Shown here: positions 17,190 to 25,927 of the stretch, piece after piece
Position numbering within the stretch: position 1 is the stretch's first letter
How the letters are laid out: every line of letters starts with the position of its first letter
Source of the DNA: a candidate division WOR-3 bacterium
Lineage (GTDB): Bacteria; Hydrothermota; Tepidihabitantia; Tepidihabitantales; CAIPLT01
Assembly (NCBI GenBank): GCA_965649215.1
Contig: CBFGJZ010000024.1
Location: 1 to 25,927 of the forward strand
Length of the DNA stretch: 25,927 bases
Reading direction: 5' to 3'
The notes under the pieces: model-generated
What the model saw: only the letters and a program-made list of their open reading frames with translations
Told to the model about the DNA's origin: nothing
The model's database searches: none
Position numbers and translations under genes: made by a program

Positions 17190-17579
17190 TTACCAAATCT
17201 GACAGATAACCTCACCGCCAATATGTTCTTTACGTGCTTCACGGTCAGTGAGAATACCTTTGGAAGTTGATAAGATAGTAATCCCTAACCCATCAATTGC
17301 GCGGGGAATTTCGTCAACACCAACATAAATGCGACGCGATTGTTTAGAAATCTGTTTTAAACCCGCAATTGCTGGTTTACCATCTTCACTATATTTTAAT
17401 TGGATGAAAATCTTTTTATGCGGTTCATTGCCTTCAATAATAAAATTATTGATATAACCTTCTTCAAGCAAAATCCGAGTAATTTCAAATTTCATCCGCG
17501 TATAGGGTATGCGCACCTCTTTTTGTTTACTCTGCAGAGCATTGCGAATTTGTGTCAACATATCAGCAATATGATCCAT
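17190..17579 (-). CDS. rpsH: 30S ribosomal protein S8
   Basis: DHIADMLTQIRNA, LLEEGYI, ILSTSKGILTDREAR...GGEVICQIW. Confidence 0.98.
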   Translation of the reverse strand: MDHIADMLTQIRNALQSKQKEVRIPYTRMKFEITRILLEEGYINNFIIEGNEPHKKIFIQLKYSEDGKPAIAGLKQISKQSRRIYVGVDEIPRAIDGLGITILSTSKGILTDREARKEHIGGEVICQIW

Positions 17580-17652
17580 TTTTTACTCCTTACCATTATC
17601 GATATCTAAAAACTTATTTATAAGTAGGGTAGTTCGTATTTCGCTCATTTTC

Positions 17653-17838
17653 TTACCAAGTTGCTTTTCGTACTCCAGGAATTTCTCCTTTTAAGGCTAA
17701 TTCCCGAAAACAAAGACGGCATAAACCAAACTTACGATAATAAGCTCGTTTACGATAACATTTCTGACAACGATTATACTTACGCACTTTAAATTTTGGT
17801 TCTAGTTGAGATTTAACAATCCAACATCTTTTTGCCAT
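17653..17838 (-). CDS. rpsZ: 30S ribosomal protein S14, zinc-binding (type Z) form
   Basis: 61 aa; YNRCQKC...[24 protein letters not shown]. Confidence 0.96.
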   Translation of the reverse strand: MAKRCWIVKSQLEPKFKVRKYNRCQKCYRKRAYYRKFGLCRLCFRELALKGEIPGVRKATW

Positions 17839-17843
17839 ATGCG

Positions 17844-18392
17844 TTATTTCCCTTTCTGAAACGGCATTCCTAATTCTTCTAATAACGCTTTCGCAACATC
17901 ATCTTGTTTTGCATTGGTTAAAATTGTAATATCCATACCAAAAACTTTTTTAATTTTTGATACTTCTAATTCGGGGAAAATAATCTGTTCTGATAACCCT
18001 AAAGTATAACCACCCCGACCATCAAACGAATTAACGGGAAAGCCCCGGAAATCACGAATGCGTGGTGCTGCAAAATTAAAGAGCCGATCTAAAAACTCAT
18101 ACATCCGATTTCCTCGTAGAGTAACCTTAACGCCAATCGGTAATCCTTGTCGTAATTTAAATGCGGAAATTGCTCGACGGGCTCGGGTAATGATTGGTTT
18201 TTGACCTGTGATTGTGGCGATATCTTCGCTAATTATCTCTAAAACCTTGGGGTCTTGCACTGCTTCGCCGGCTCCGACATTAATCACTACTTTAATAATT
18301 TTTGGTACTTGGTGGACATTTTTAAAGCCAAACCGCTCTTGGAGACTTTTAATAACTTTCTTTTGATATAATTCTTTTAATCTTGGTATCAT
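17844..18392 (-). CDS. rplE: 50S ribosomal protein L5
   Basis: Start ATG 18392 (TAATG overlap with rplX). [40 protein letters not shown]. Confidence 0.98.
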   Translation of the reverse strand: MIPRLKELYQKKVIKSLQERFGFKNVHQVPKIIKVVINVGAGEAVQDPKVLEIISEDIATITGQKPIITRARRAISAFKLRQGLPIGVKVTLRGNRMYEFLDRLFNFAAPRIRDFRGFPVNSFDGRGGYTLGLSEQIIFPELEVSKIKKVFGMDITILTNAKQDDVAKALLEELGMPFQKGK

Positions 18393-18712
18393 TAGTCTAT
18401 CAACTCCTGACATTTTTTACAGATACGTTGACGCTTGCCTTCAATAACTTCCCGTCGAACTTTGGTAATCTTACCGCACTTCGGACATAATAAACCTAAT
18501 TTAGAAATACTTAATGGATTTGGTAAATCAATAATACCACCTGGCCGATCAGCACGGGTTGTTCGTTTGTGTTTTTTTGCTAAATTAACACCCTCAACCA
18601 CTGCCCGTATAATATTTTTCTTCTTATCTTTGATGATTTCTAAAATCTTACCCCTGCGTCCTTTATCTTCACCACTTAAAACTTCAACTAAATCACCTTT
18701 CTTAAACTTCAT
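18392..18712 (-). CDS. rplX: 50S ribosomal protein L24
   Basis: KOW motif [29 protein letters not shown]. Confidence 0.97.
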   Translation of the reverse strand: MKFKKGDLVEVLSGEDKGRRGKILEIIKDKKKNIIRAVVEGVNLAKKHKRTTRADRPGGIIDLPNPLSISKLGLLCPKCGKITKVRREVIEGKRQRICKKCQELID

Positions 18713-19077
18713 ATTACCTCAGCTGCTAAAGAAACTATTTTCGTAAATGCTTTTTCACGAATTTCTCGTGCCACTGGTCCAAAAACACGCGTCCCTTTTG
18801 GCTCTCCCTTATCGTCGATTAACACACAAGCATTATCATCAAAACGAATATATGTACCATCATCCCGTCGGTATTCTTTCCGTTGTCGGACAATCACCGC
18901 TCGAGCCTTATCACCCTTTTTTATCGGGGCGTTAGGTAATGCATCTTTAATAGTGACAATGACAATATCCCCAATATGACTAAATCGGCGATAATGACCA
19001 CCTAAGGTCTTTATGACCATTGCCACGCGTGCACCGGTATTATCGGCCACGGTTAGTCGAGTAAAATCCTGAATCAT
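18709..19077 (-). CDS. rplN: 50S ribosomal protein L14
   Basis: [27 protein letters not shown]. Confidence 0.98.
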   Translation of the reverse strand: MIQDFTRLTVADNTGARVAMVIKTLGGHYRRFSHIGDIVIVTIKDALPNAPIKKGDKARAVIVRQRKEYRRDDGTYIRFDDNACVLIDDKGEPKGTRVFGPVAREIREKAFTKIVSLAAEVI

Positions 19078-19304
19078 AGTATCTTAAACACCCGCCATCT
19101 TTTTAATTTAGACAATGGTCGAGTTGGTACAAGCACGACGCGATCGCCAATTTTCGCTTCATTCTTTTCATCATGAGCATATAATTTGGTCTGTTTACGA
19201 ATATATTTCTTATATCGAGGATGTAAGACCCGTCGTTCAACTTCTACGACCACTGTCTTCTGCATTTTATTACTTAATACTGTTCCGATAATCTCTCTGA
19301 CCAT
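19074..19304 (-). CDS. rpsQ: 30S ribosomal protein S17
   Basis: [34 protein letters not shown]. Confidence 0.98.
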   Translation of the reverse strand: MVREIIGTVLSNKMQKTVVVEVERRVLHPRYKKYIRKQTKLYAHDEKNEAKIGDRVVLVPTRPLSKLKRWRVFKIL

Positions 19305-19306
19305 AG

Positions 19307-19549
19307 TTATTTCTTTTTACTTTCTTTTTTTACTGGTGCGCTCACTTGATGGACAGCGCCTCTCAATTCCATTTCTCTTAAAATTGTCTTCAATCGGGCG
19401 ATATCTCTTCGGATAATTCTTAAGCGTAATGGATTTGGTAACTCTTCCGTGCTTCGACGAACTCGTAACTTAAAATGCTCATCTTCTAACTCAGCTAATG
19501 TCTTTATAATCTCATCTTTGGTCATATTACGAATCTCAGTAGCTTTCAT
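19307..19549 (-). CDS. rpmC: 50S ribosomal protein L29
   Basis: Start ATG 19549 (MKATEIR); [21 protein letters not shown]; short basic C-terminal extension. Confidence 0.96.
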   Translation of the reverse strand: MKATEIRNMTKDEIIKTLAELEDEHFKLRVRRSTEELPNPLRLRIIRRDIARLKTILREMELRGAVHQVSAPVKKESKKK

Positions 19550-19964
19550 AATCAACTTCCTTTCGTTCAATAATCTGCGTCTTACATGGTAATTTACTGG
19601 CTGCTCTTCTCAACGCTTCCATCGCATCCTCATGGGTTAATCCTTCTAATTCAAATATGACTCGGCCTGGTTTTACAACCGCAACCCAAAACTCAGGGGT
19701 TCCTTTACCTTTACCCATTCTTGTTTCTGCTGGCTTTTTCGTAACTGGCTTATCGGGAAAGATTCGTAACCATACTTTGCCACTCTTTTTTAAATATTTG
19801 GCAATCGCAATACGGGCTGCTTCAATTTGTCGTGCGGTAATCCAGGCTGGCTCTAATGACTGTAAGCCGTATTCGCCAAAATCTAACTTATTAGCACGGG
19901 TTGCTTTGCCATAACGACGACCACGATGCTGTTTACGATATTTAACTCTTTTGGGCATTAACAT
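19536..19964 (-). CDS. rplP: 50S ribosomal protein L16
   Basis: [38 protein letters not shown]. Confidence 0.98.
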   Translation of the reverse strand: MLMPKRVKYRKQHRGRRYGKATRANKLDFGEYGLQSLEPAWITARQIEAARIAIAKYLKKSGKVWLRIFPDKPVTKKPAETRMGKGKGTPEFWVAVVKPGRVIFELEGLTHEDAMEALRRAASKLPCKTQIIERKEVDYESY

Positions 19965-19966
19965 AA

Positions 19967-20605
19967 TTATGCTCTCATTTCTTCAGTTACATCACCTTTA
20001 TAGATCCAAACCTTAACGCCAATTGTTCCGTAAATTGTTTTTGACACCGCACAATAATAATCGATATCTGCTTTTAAAGTTTGCAATGGCAAGCGGCCTT
20101 CTTGATACCATTGCGAACGAGCAATTTCGGCACCTGCCAATCGTCCCGAAACCATCACTTTAATCCCTTGCGCACCTAACCGCATCGCCTGACTCACACT
20201 TCTTTTCATCGCGCGACGATGCGCAACACGTTGAGCTAATTGTTGAGCGATGGTTTCGGCAACTAATTTAGCTTCTAATTCAGGAACTCGAACTGCTTCA
20301 ACTAATATATTAACATCACGATTAATTAAATGTTTAATTTCATTTTTTAAAGTTTCTAATGCTTTTCGAGCTGTACCAAAAACCATCCCCGGTCGAGCTG
20401 TATAAATAGTCACGGTCGTTTTGCTCACAACGCGTTCAATTTTAATATTGGCAATCATTGCATCTTGTAATTTCGTCTCAATGTAGCGACGAATTTTTAA
20501 ATCTTCTAACAAAAACTGCCGATAATTCTTACCACCAAACCAAGCTGATTTCCAAGGTTTTGTAATTCCTAAGCGAAAACCGATAGGATGTGTTTTTTGG
20601 CCCAT
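19967..20605 (-). CDS. rpsC: 30S ribosomal protein S3
   Basis: [36 protein letters not shown]. Confidence 0.98.
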   Translation of the reverse strand: MGQKTHPIGFRLGITKPWKSAWFGGKNYRQFLLEDLKIRRYIETKLQDAMIANIKIERVVSKTTVTIYTARPGMVFGTARKALETLKNEIKHLINRDVNILVEAVRVPELEAKLVAETIAQQLAQRVAHRRAMKRSVSQAMRLGAQGIKVMVSGRLAGAEIARSQWYQEGRLPLQTLKADIDYYCAVSKTIYGTIGVKVWIYKGDVTEEMRA

Positions 20606-20955
20606 TACTGATTCTCCTTTGTTGCAACTGTGATGTTAATATGACAAGTGCGTCGTAAAATCATCGACGCCGAACCACGTGGACCAGCACGGAATCGTTT
20701 CATCATCGGTCCACCATCAACAGTTGCCTGGATAACATATAAATCTTTTTCCGTGATTTTTGCTTTACCAACTTTCAAAAGTGCATTTGCAGTGGCAGAT
20801 TTCAATGTTTTCACGATTGGTAGTTTAGTTGGTTTTGGTAAAAACTCAAGTATTGCCATTGCTCGCGGAACTGGTTTATTTCTAATTAATGCTAAAATCC
20901 GATTCATTTTTTTTGCGGAACCTCTTTGAAATCGTGCTCGAGCAGTTGCTTGCAT
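20605..20955 (-). CDS. rplV: 50S ribosomal protein L22
   Basis: [21 protein letters not shown]...[12 protein letters not shown]. Confidence 0.96.
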   Translation of the reverse strand: MQATARARFQRGSAKKMNRILALIRNKPVPRAMAILEFLPKPTKLPIVKTLKSATANALLKVGKAKITEKDLYVIQATVDGGPMMKRFRAGPRGSASMILRRTCHINITVATKENQ

Positions 20956-21252
20956 TTATTCTTTTTCCTCCTCGCCTTCTTTCTTTTCTCGGCGTTGACC
21001 AGAATGTGCTCGAAAGGTACGAGTTGGAGCAAATTCACCCAAACGATGTCCAACCATCTGCTCAGTTATATAGACCGGGACAAACCGATTACCCGTGTGA
21101 ATCGCAATGGTGTGTCCGACAAATTCAGGTGGTATTTGGGAACGACGAGCATAGGTCTTTATCACTTTGCGTTCACCACTCGCAGCTAAAGCTTTAATCC
21201 GTTTTAACAATTTTTCATCAATATAAGGTCCTTTTTTAGTCGAACGCGACAT
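20956..21252 (-). CDS. rpsS: 30S ribosomal protein S19
   Basis: [27 protein letters not shown]. Confidence 0.98.
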   Translation of the reverse strand: MSRSTKKGPYIDEKLLKRIKALAASGERKVIKTYARRSQIPPEFVGHTIAIHTGNRFVPVYITEQMVGHRLGEFAPTRTFRAHSGQRREKKEGEEEKE

Positions 21253-22076
21253 TACTTTCTCCTCTGAATAATTAATTTAGTGGAAAACTTTTTTGTCTTG
21301 CGGGTTTTTTTGCCTTTTGCAATAAAACCTTTTTCATTACACGGATGTCGTCCCCCGGATGATTTACCCTCACCACCACCCATTGGGTGATCAACCGGAT
21401 TCATTGCTACTGCACGCACTCGTGGTCTTCGCCCACGATGTCGGGAACGACCAGCTTTACCAATTGAAATATCTTTATGCTCTAAATTAGATACTCTTCC
21501 AATCGTCGCATAACAATCTAAATGAAACTTTCTTATCTCACCCGATGGCAATTTAATTACCGCGTGATCCTCTTCTTTGGCTAAAATCTGTCCCGCCGTG
21601 CCTGCACTACGGATTAAAAACGAACGGTAATTCGGATATAATTGTAAATTATGAATCTCAACTCCCACTGGAATTGACGCTAAAGGCATACAATTACCAA
21701 TTCGAATTGGCACTTCTTTACCCGAGATAATACTATCACCCACCTTAAGCCCTTCGGGTGCTAAAATATAACGATATTCACCATCTTTATAACAAACTAA
21801 AGCAATCCGTGCGGAACGATTCGGATCATATTCAATCGTTTTTACGGTTGCTTCGATATCATACTTATCCCTTAAGAAATCAATCAGCCGATAATGTCGC
21901 TTCTCCCCACCGCCACGATACTTCGCAGTTATTCGACCTAAATTATTACGACCACCTTTTTTTCGCTGAGGTATGACTAAAGCTTTATGGGGTTCAGTAG
22001 TAGTAATCTCTTCAAAAGTAGAAACGGAATAATATCTTCTTGATAAAGGTGTTGGTCGATAAGTCTTAATACCCAT
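21252..22076 (-). CDS. rplB: 50S ribosomal protein L2
   Basis: [37 protein letters not shown]. Confidence 0.98.
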   Translation of the reverse strand: MGIKTYRPTPLSRRYYSVSTFEEITTTEPHKALVIPQRKKGGRNNLGRITAKYRGGGEKRHYRLIDFLRDKYDIEATVKTIEYDPNRSARIALVCYKDGEYRYILAPEGLKVGDSIISGKEVPIRIGNCMPLASIPVGVEIHNLQLYPNYRSFLIRSAGTAGQILAKEEDHAVIKLPSGEIRKFHLDCYATIGRVSNLEHKDISIGKAGRSRHRGRRPRVRAVAMNPVDHPMGGGEGKSSGGRHPCNEKGFIAKGKKTRKTKKFSTKLIIQRRK

Positions 22077-22078
22077 AA

Positions 22079-22366
22079 TTAGCGCTCCAGACTTTCAATT
22101 TTTTCACCTTTTTGTAAAGTGACAATTGCTTTTTTCCAATTCGAGCGTGTTCCCATAAATGCACCCATCCGTTTTGGCTTACCGTCATAATTCATAATCC
22201 GGACCTGCTTAACTTTAACCCGAAATAACTGTTCCACTGCTTTACTAACTTGATTTTTATTTGCCTGCAAAGCAACCTGAAAAGTATATTGATTATTCTC
22301 GTTCTTTAACTTCTCCGAACGCTCAGTGACAATCGGTCGGATAATAATCTTATTTGCATTTAACAT
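22079..22366 (-). CDS. rplW: 50S ribosomal protein L23
   Basis: PIVTERS, ANKNQVSKAVEQLF.VKV, WKKAIVTL. Confidence 0.97.
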   Translation of the reverse strand: MLNANKIIIRPIVTERSEKLKNENNQYTFQVALQANKNQVSKAVEQLFRVKVKQVRIMNYDGKPKRMGAFMGTRSNWKKAIVTLQKGEKIESLER

Positions 22367-22367
22367 A

Positions 22368-23003
22368 CTAATTTGCTTCCTTGTGTAATCTGTTAATCAA
22401 ACTATTTAAACCTTTAGTCGTAAATACTAATTGATCTGATACAACACAATCATAAATATTCAAATCTTTGCCTGTTGTCAGTTCTAAATTTGGAATATTG
22501 CGACTTGCTAAAATCATATTTTTCGAATAACTATCTTTAACTAAAATCGTTTTATTGTCAGTTAAATTCAGTGCCGATAATATCTTTGCCATCGCTTTGG
22601 TCTTATGATTTTCTAACTCAAAATCTTCAATAAATTTAATCCCTTGATGTTTTAATTTCATTGATAAAGCAACGCATAATGCTTTTCGTTTCTTCTGTTT
22701 GGGAATTTTATAATTATAATCTCGGGGTACGGGACCAAAGACAACTCCACCACCAACCCAGATTGGAGAACGAATCGAACCAACCCGCGCGCGACCGGTA
22801 TGTTTTTGACGCCATGGTTTCTTACCACCGCCACGCACTTCACCACGGGTTTTAGTTTTTGCAGTTCCTTGGCGTTGGTTTGCCAAATAATTTGTCATCG
22901 CTTCCCAAATTAAATGTGGATTATCATCCAATCCAAAAATATCTTCTGGTAACTCGATCGTATCTTTTACCGCACCATCAATCGACATCACATTAACTTT
23001 CAT
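22368..23003 (-). CDS. rplD: 50S ribosomal protein L4
   Basis: RQGTAKTKTRGEVRGGGKKPWRQKHTGRAR.GSIRSP. Confidence 0.98.
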   Translation of the reverse strand: MKVNVMSIDGAVKDTIELPEDIFGLDDNPHLIWEAMTNYLANQRQGTAKTKTRGEVRGGGKKPWRQKHTGRARVGSIRSPIWVGGGVVFGPVPRDYNYKIPKQKKRKALCVALSMKLKHQGIKFIEDFELENHKTKAMAKILSALNLTDNKTILVKDSYSKNMILASRNIPNLELTTGKDLNIYDCVVSDQLVFTTKGLNSLINRLHKEAN

Positions 23004-23623
23004 TGTTGTTTCCTAATTATTAATGATGTATAAGATGAACCCGGCACCGCACCTTTGATGTACATAAGATATTTTTCAGGTTCAATCTTAACAATTTCTA
23101 AATTCTTAATTGTAACTCTTTCCATACCATAATGACCTGGTAAGGTACGCCCTTTTAACGGACGCCCTGGCGAAGTACCAGAGCCCAATGAACCGATTCG
23201 TCGATGCGACATTGAACCATGTGTCATCGGACCACCATGCCAACCCCATCGTTTCATACCACCAGCAAAACCGCGTCCCTTAGTATAACCAGTTACTGCC
23301 ACCTTTTCACCAACATTAAAAATATCAATTTTTATCTCTTGACCAACTGAATAGCCATCTAGCGCAGTGCCATCAACAAATCGAAATTCGTGAAGTACGC
23401 GCATCGGTTCTAAATTATTTTTTTTGAAGTGTCCGGCATAGGGTTTATTAGCCTTGGGTTTTGCCTCAAACCCAATTTGTAGTGCATAATAACCATCTTT
23501 TTTCAACTCTTTTTTCTGCACTACAAAACAGGGCCCAGCTTTTACGATTGTAACTGGAATCACCTTTCCCGTCTCACTATAAATCTGGGTCATCCCAACT
23601 TTTCTTGCTAATAAACCAATCAT
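23000..23623 (-). CDS. rplC: 50S ribosomal protein L3
   Basis: KVGMTQ, DGYYALQ, KGRGFAG.MKR, HGS..HRRIGS, KGAVPG. Confidence 0.98.
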   Translation of the reverse strand: MIGLLARKVGMTQIYSETGKVIPVTIVKAGPCFVVQKKELKKDGYYALQIGFEAKPKANKPYAGHFKKNNLEPMRVLHEFRFVDGTALDGYSVGQEIKIDIFNVGEKVAVTGYTKGRGFAGGMKRWGWHGGPMTHGSMSHRRIGSLGSGTSPGRPLKGRTLPGHYGMERVTIKNLEIVKIEPEKYLMYIKGAVPGSSYTSLIIRKQQ

Positions 23624-23934
23624 GTTGACTTTATCTCAACTTCTACGCCTGCCGGCACTTCTAATTTCATTAAGGCATCAACCATTTCCCGTGTTGCATT
23701 AGAGATTTCTATTAACCTTTTATGCACTCGTAATTCAAATTGCTCACGTGATTTTTTATCAACATGTGGCGAACGTAACACCGTGTATAAACTTCGTTCG
23801 GTTGGCAAAGGAATCGGCCCTGAAACCATTGCACCAGTCCGACGCGCCACATCAACAATATCTTTTGCCGATTGATCTAACAATCGGTGGTCATATGCCT
23901 TTAATTTAATACGAATCTTCTCTTCTTTTATCAT
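23620..23934 (-). CDS. rpsJ: 30S ribosomal protein S10
   Basis: [38 protein letters not shown]. Confidence 0.98.
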   Translation of the reverse strand: MIKEEKIRIKLKAYDHRLLDQSAKDIVDVARRTGAMVSGPIPLPTERSLYTVLRSPHVDKKSREQFELRVHKRLIEISNATREMVDALMKLEVPAGVEVEIKST

Positions 23935-24000
23935 ATTTTCTTTCTTTAATAACTATCTATAACTTTTTTAAAAATTGTTAAAAAAGTTAAACAGAGAAAT

Positions 24001-24028
24001 ATTTTAACAAAAATTTAAAAATAGTCAA
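24001..24028 (-). promoter_or_regulatory. Sigma70-type promoter of the S10 operon
   Basis: TTGACT (24028-24023), 16 nt spacer, extended -10 TGT-TAAAAT (-10 at 24006-24001), AT-rich upstream tract. Confidence 0.65.
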
Positions 24029-24052
24029 GTATTATTTTTAATTTTTATTTTT

Positions 24053-24431
24053 AAGGAAGGATAGGTTCATAAGCCGAATTCTGTTTCAGCGGTCATTGAT
24101 CTTGGTCTTTTGTTGCCAAAAGACTCTTTGCGACCTACCTGGAGCATTCACGCCAGACTCGTATTGCTCCGACTTGGTCTTGCTCAAAGTGGGGTTTGTC
24201 CATCTGAATTATCACTAATTCAGATAGTGCGCTCTTACCGCACTTTTTCACCATTACCGATAACTCAAAGAGCAATCGGCTGTGTTGTTTCTGTGACACT
24301 TTCCATCCCGAATCATTCGGGTCTTGCTGTTAGCAAGCACTTTGTCTGGATGAGTTCGGACTTTCCTCCCCATTTGACTATTTGCTAATACAAATGCCAA
24401 ATTAGGGCGACCGCCCGACCTATCCTTCCTT
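24053..24431 (-). ncRNA. rnpB: RNase P RNA, bacterial type A
   Basis: GAGGAAAGTCCG and ACAGAATTCGGCTTAT (P4 halves); 14-bp P1 AAGGAAGGATAGGT/ACCTATCCTTCCTT; P2 GCGGTC/GACCGC; P6 CCAGAC/GTCTGG; GCGGTAAGAGCGCAC; P18 GTCTTTTG-GCAA-CAAAAGAC. Confidence 0.97.
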
Positions 24432-24438
24432 ATAAAAT

Positions 24439-24467
24439 AATATAAAATGTTATATAAGTTCTGTCAA
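24439..24467 (-). promoter_or_regulatory. Sigma70-type promoter of rnpB
   Basis: TTGACA (24467-24462), 17 nt spacer, TATATT (24444-24439), then 7 nt to the 5' end of P1. Confidence 0.6.
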
Positions 24468-24489
24468 GATTTTAAAATTATTATAGCTA

Positions 24490-25377
24490 TTAAAATCCCC
24501 TTCTCAAGCCTAGTTCTTTTGCCCATCCAATAACCTCCCGATATTCTTGATTGGTTATACTTCTTGCTAATTCAGGATATTGCGACGCTAAATAACATGA
24601 TCGGTATGGATCCATAATATTTACATAAGTATTTTTAGAAATTTCTTCAGCAATATATTTTAAAACATCATATGACTTGGCTAAGTTATTAGGTAAAACC
24701 AAATGGCGCACTAATAATCCTTTAATTGCAATGCCCTGCTCGTTAACAATTAAATCTCCTACCTGCCGATGCATCTCTTTTAATACTAATTTATTAATTG
24801 TCCAGTAATCCCACACCTGAGAATATTTTTGTCCAATATCATCTGAACCATATTTTGCATCTGGCATATAAATATCGATAACCCCTTCTAATAATTTCAA
24901 GGTTTCGACTGAATCATAACCACCACTATTATAAACAATAGGTAACTGTAAGCCGCTCTCTTTCGCAATATCTAAAGCTTCTAAAAACTGCGGTACAATA
25001 TGAGTTGGACTAACTAAATTAATATTATGACAACCCATAGCTTGGAGTCTAAGCATTATCGTAGCTAATTCCGTATTATCAAATCGTTCACCCCGTCCAT
25101 ATTGGCTAATTTCATAATTCTGGCAAAAAACACAATGAAGATTACAATAAGCAAAGAAGATCGTACCCGAACCATGTTGACCAACCAATTCTGTTTCTTC
25201 ACCAAAATGAGGACCAAATGACGCTACGATCACATCTTTAGCAGTTTGACATTGTCCCAGCTCTCCGGCAATTCGATTGACACCGCATCGTCGGGGACAG
25301 AGTTGGCAATTTTCTAAAAGTTTATTTGCTTTTTTACCCAATGCTTTAAGATCTGTATTCTGATAAGCCGCTCTCAT
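24490..25377 (-). CDS. Radical SAM protein, PflX-like (putative pyruvate formate-lyase activating enzyme family)
   Basis: CQLCPRRCGVNR, HFGEE, GSGTIFF..CNLHCVFCQN (CX3CX2C), HNINLVSPTH, DIYMPDAKY, RHLVLP. Confidence 0.92.
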   Translation of the reverse strand: MRAAYQNTDLKALGKKANKLLENCQLCPRRCGVNRIAGELGQCQTAKDVIVASFGPHFGEETELVGQHGSGTIFFAYCNLHCVFCQNYEISQYGRGERFDNTELATIMLRLQAMGCHNINLVSPTHIVPQFLEALDIAKESGLQLPIVYNSGGYDSVETLKLLEGVIDIYMPDAKYGSDDIGQKYSQVWDYWTINKLVLKEMHRQVGDLIVNEQGIAIKGLLVRHLVLPNNLAKSYDVLKYIAEEISKNTYVNIMDPYRSCYLASQYPELARSITNQEYREVIGWAKELGLRRGF

Positions 25378-25424
25378 AAAAATGTTTTAGTTATGAATAA
25401 AATAATTATTCTTTCGTATTTATT

Positions 25425-25925
25425 TTAAAAAAAATCTTTTATGCTATTGACTGAAAACGCAATCGGCAAATTTTTGGGGAGTGAGTTTAAAAATTGTTTG
25501 CCATACTCTTTCGTAATAATTCTTTTATCCAAAACACAAACAACTCCTCTATCTTGTCTATTACGAATTAACCGACCAAAACCTTGCCGAAAACGAAGCA
25601 CCGCATTGGGTAGTTGAAAATTAATAAATGGTTCAATATTTTGCTCTCTCAATTTTTCACAGATTCCTGCTAATCGTGGATCATCAGGAACATCAAATGG
25701 CAATCGAACAATAATTAAACAACTAAGTGATTCACCAGGCACATCAATACCTTGCCAAAATGATTGCGTTGCTAAAAGTACCGACGAAATGTTCTTACGA
25801 AAATCTTCTAATAAATCAAAAATTGGTGTTTGCCCCTGTTTCAAAATCGGGAATTTCGTTTTTTCGATCAAATCATAAGTTCTGCTCAATGCCTCAAAAC
25901 TTGTAAATAAAATTAATGCCCGACC
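25425..25925 (-). CDS. DinG/YoaA-family ATP-dependent helicase, C-terminal part (5'-truncated by window edge)
   Basis: Frame open to the window end (GRALILFTSF). Motifs SFWQGIDVPGESL, RLPFDVPDDP, FRQGFGRLIR and DKRI...YG. Confidence 0.93.
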   Translation of the reverse strand, partial: GRALILFTSFEALSRTYDLIEKTKFPILKQGQTPIFDLLEDFRKNISSVLLATQSFWQGIDVPGESLSCLIIVRLPFDVPDDPRLAGICEKLREQNIEPFINFQLPNAVLRFRQGFGRLIRNRQDRGVVCVLDKRIITKEYGKQFLNSLPKNLPIAFSVNSIKDFF

Positions 25926-25927
25926 AT

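Noticed and set aside
24110-24388. 92-aa + strand ORF
   Set aside because: Lies entirely antisense to the RNase P RNA gene; a typical spurious ORF.

Overview
AT-rich bacterial chromosome segment, mostly housekeeping and mostly on the minus strand; probably a diderm, possibly an FCB-related candidate phylum such as WOR-3 (inference from a FlgD-Ig-tailed secreted protein and outer-membrane-barrel-like genes). In minus-strand transcription order it holds: the 3' end of a DinG-family helicase, a PflX-like radical SAM gene, RNase P RNA (rnpB), then the S10-spc ribosomal protein cluster (rpsJ to rpsH). That cluster stops at rpsH and runs directly into an orphan LivJ/K-type binding protein and a terminator. 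A ~500 bp intergenic region follows, containing an unannotated, phased, degenerate 12-bp palindromic repeat array. Next comes glyS-DUF192-ispE-tRNA-Gln-prs-rplY-pth-ychF-rpsF-ssb-(GT-C glycosyltransferase). The left 6 kb is accessory: an operon of a sugar/G3P-type binding lipoprotein, a secreted multi-OB-fold/FlgD-Ig protein and a putative outer-membrane protein, plus a divergent beta-barrel gene, DUF167 and the 3' end of a DUF4139 gene. The best candidates for novelty are the 12-bp array, the OB-fold uptake-like operon, the broken conserved operons and several apparently leaderless genes.
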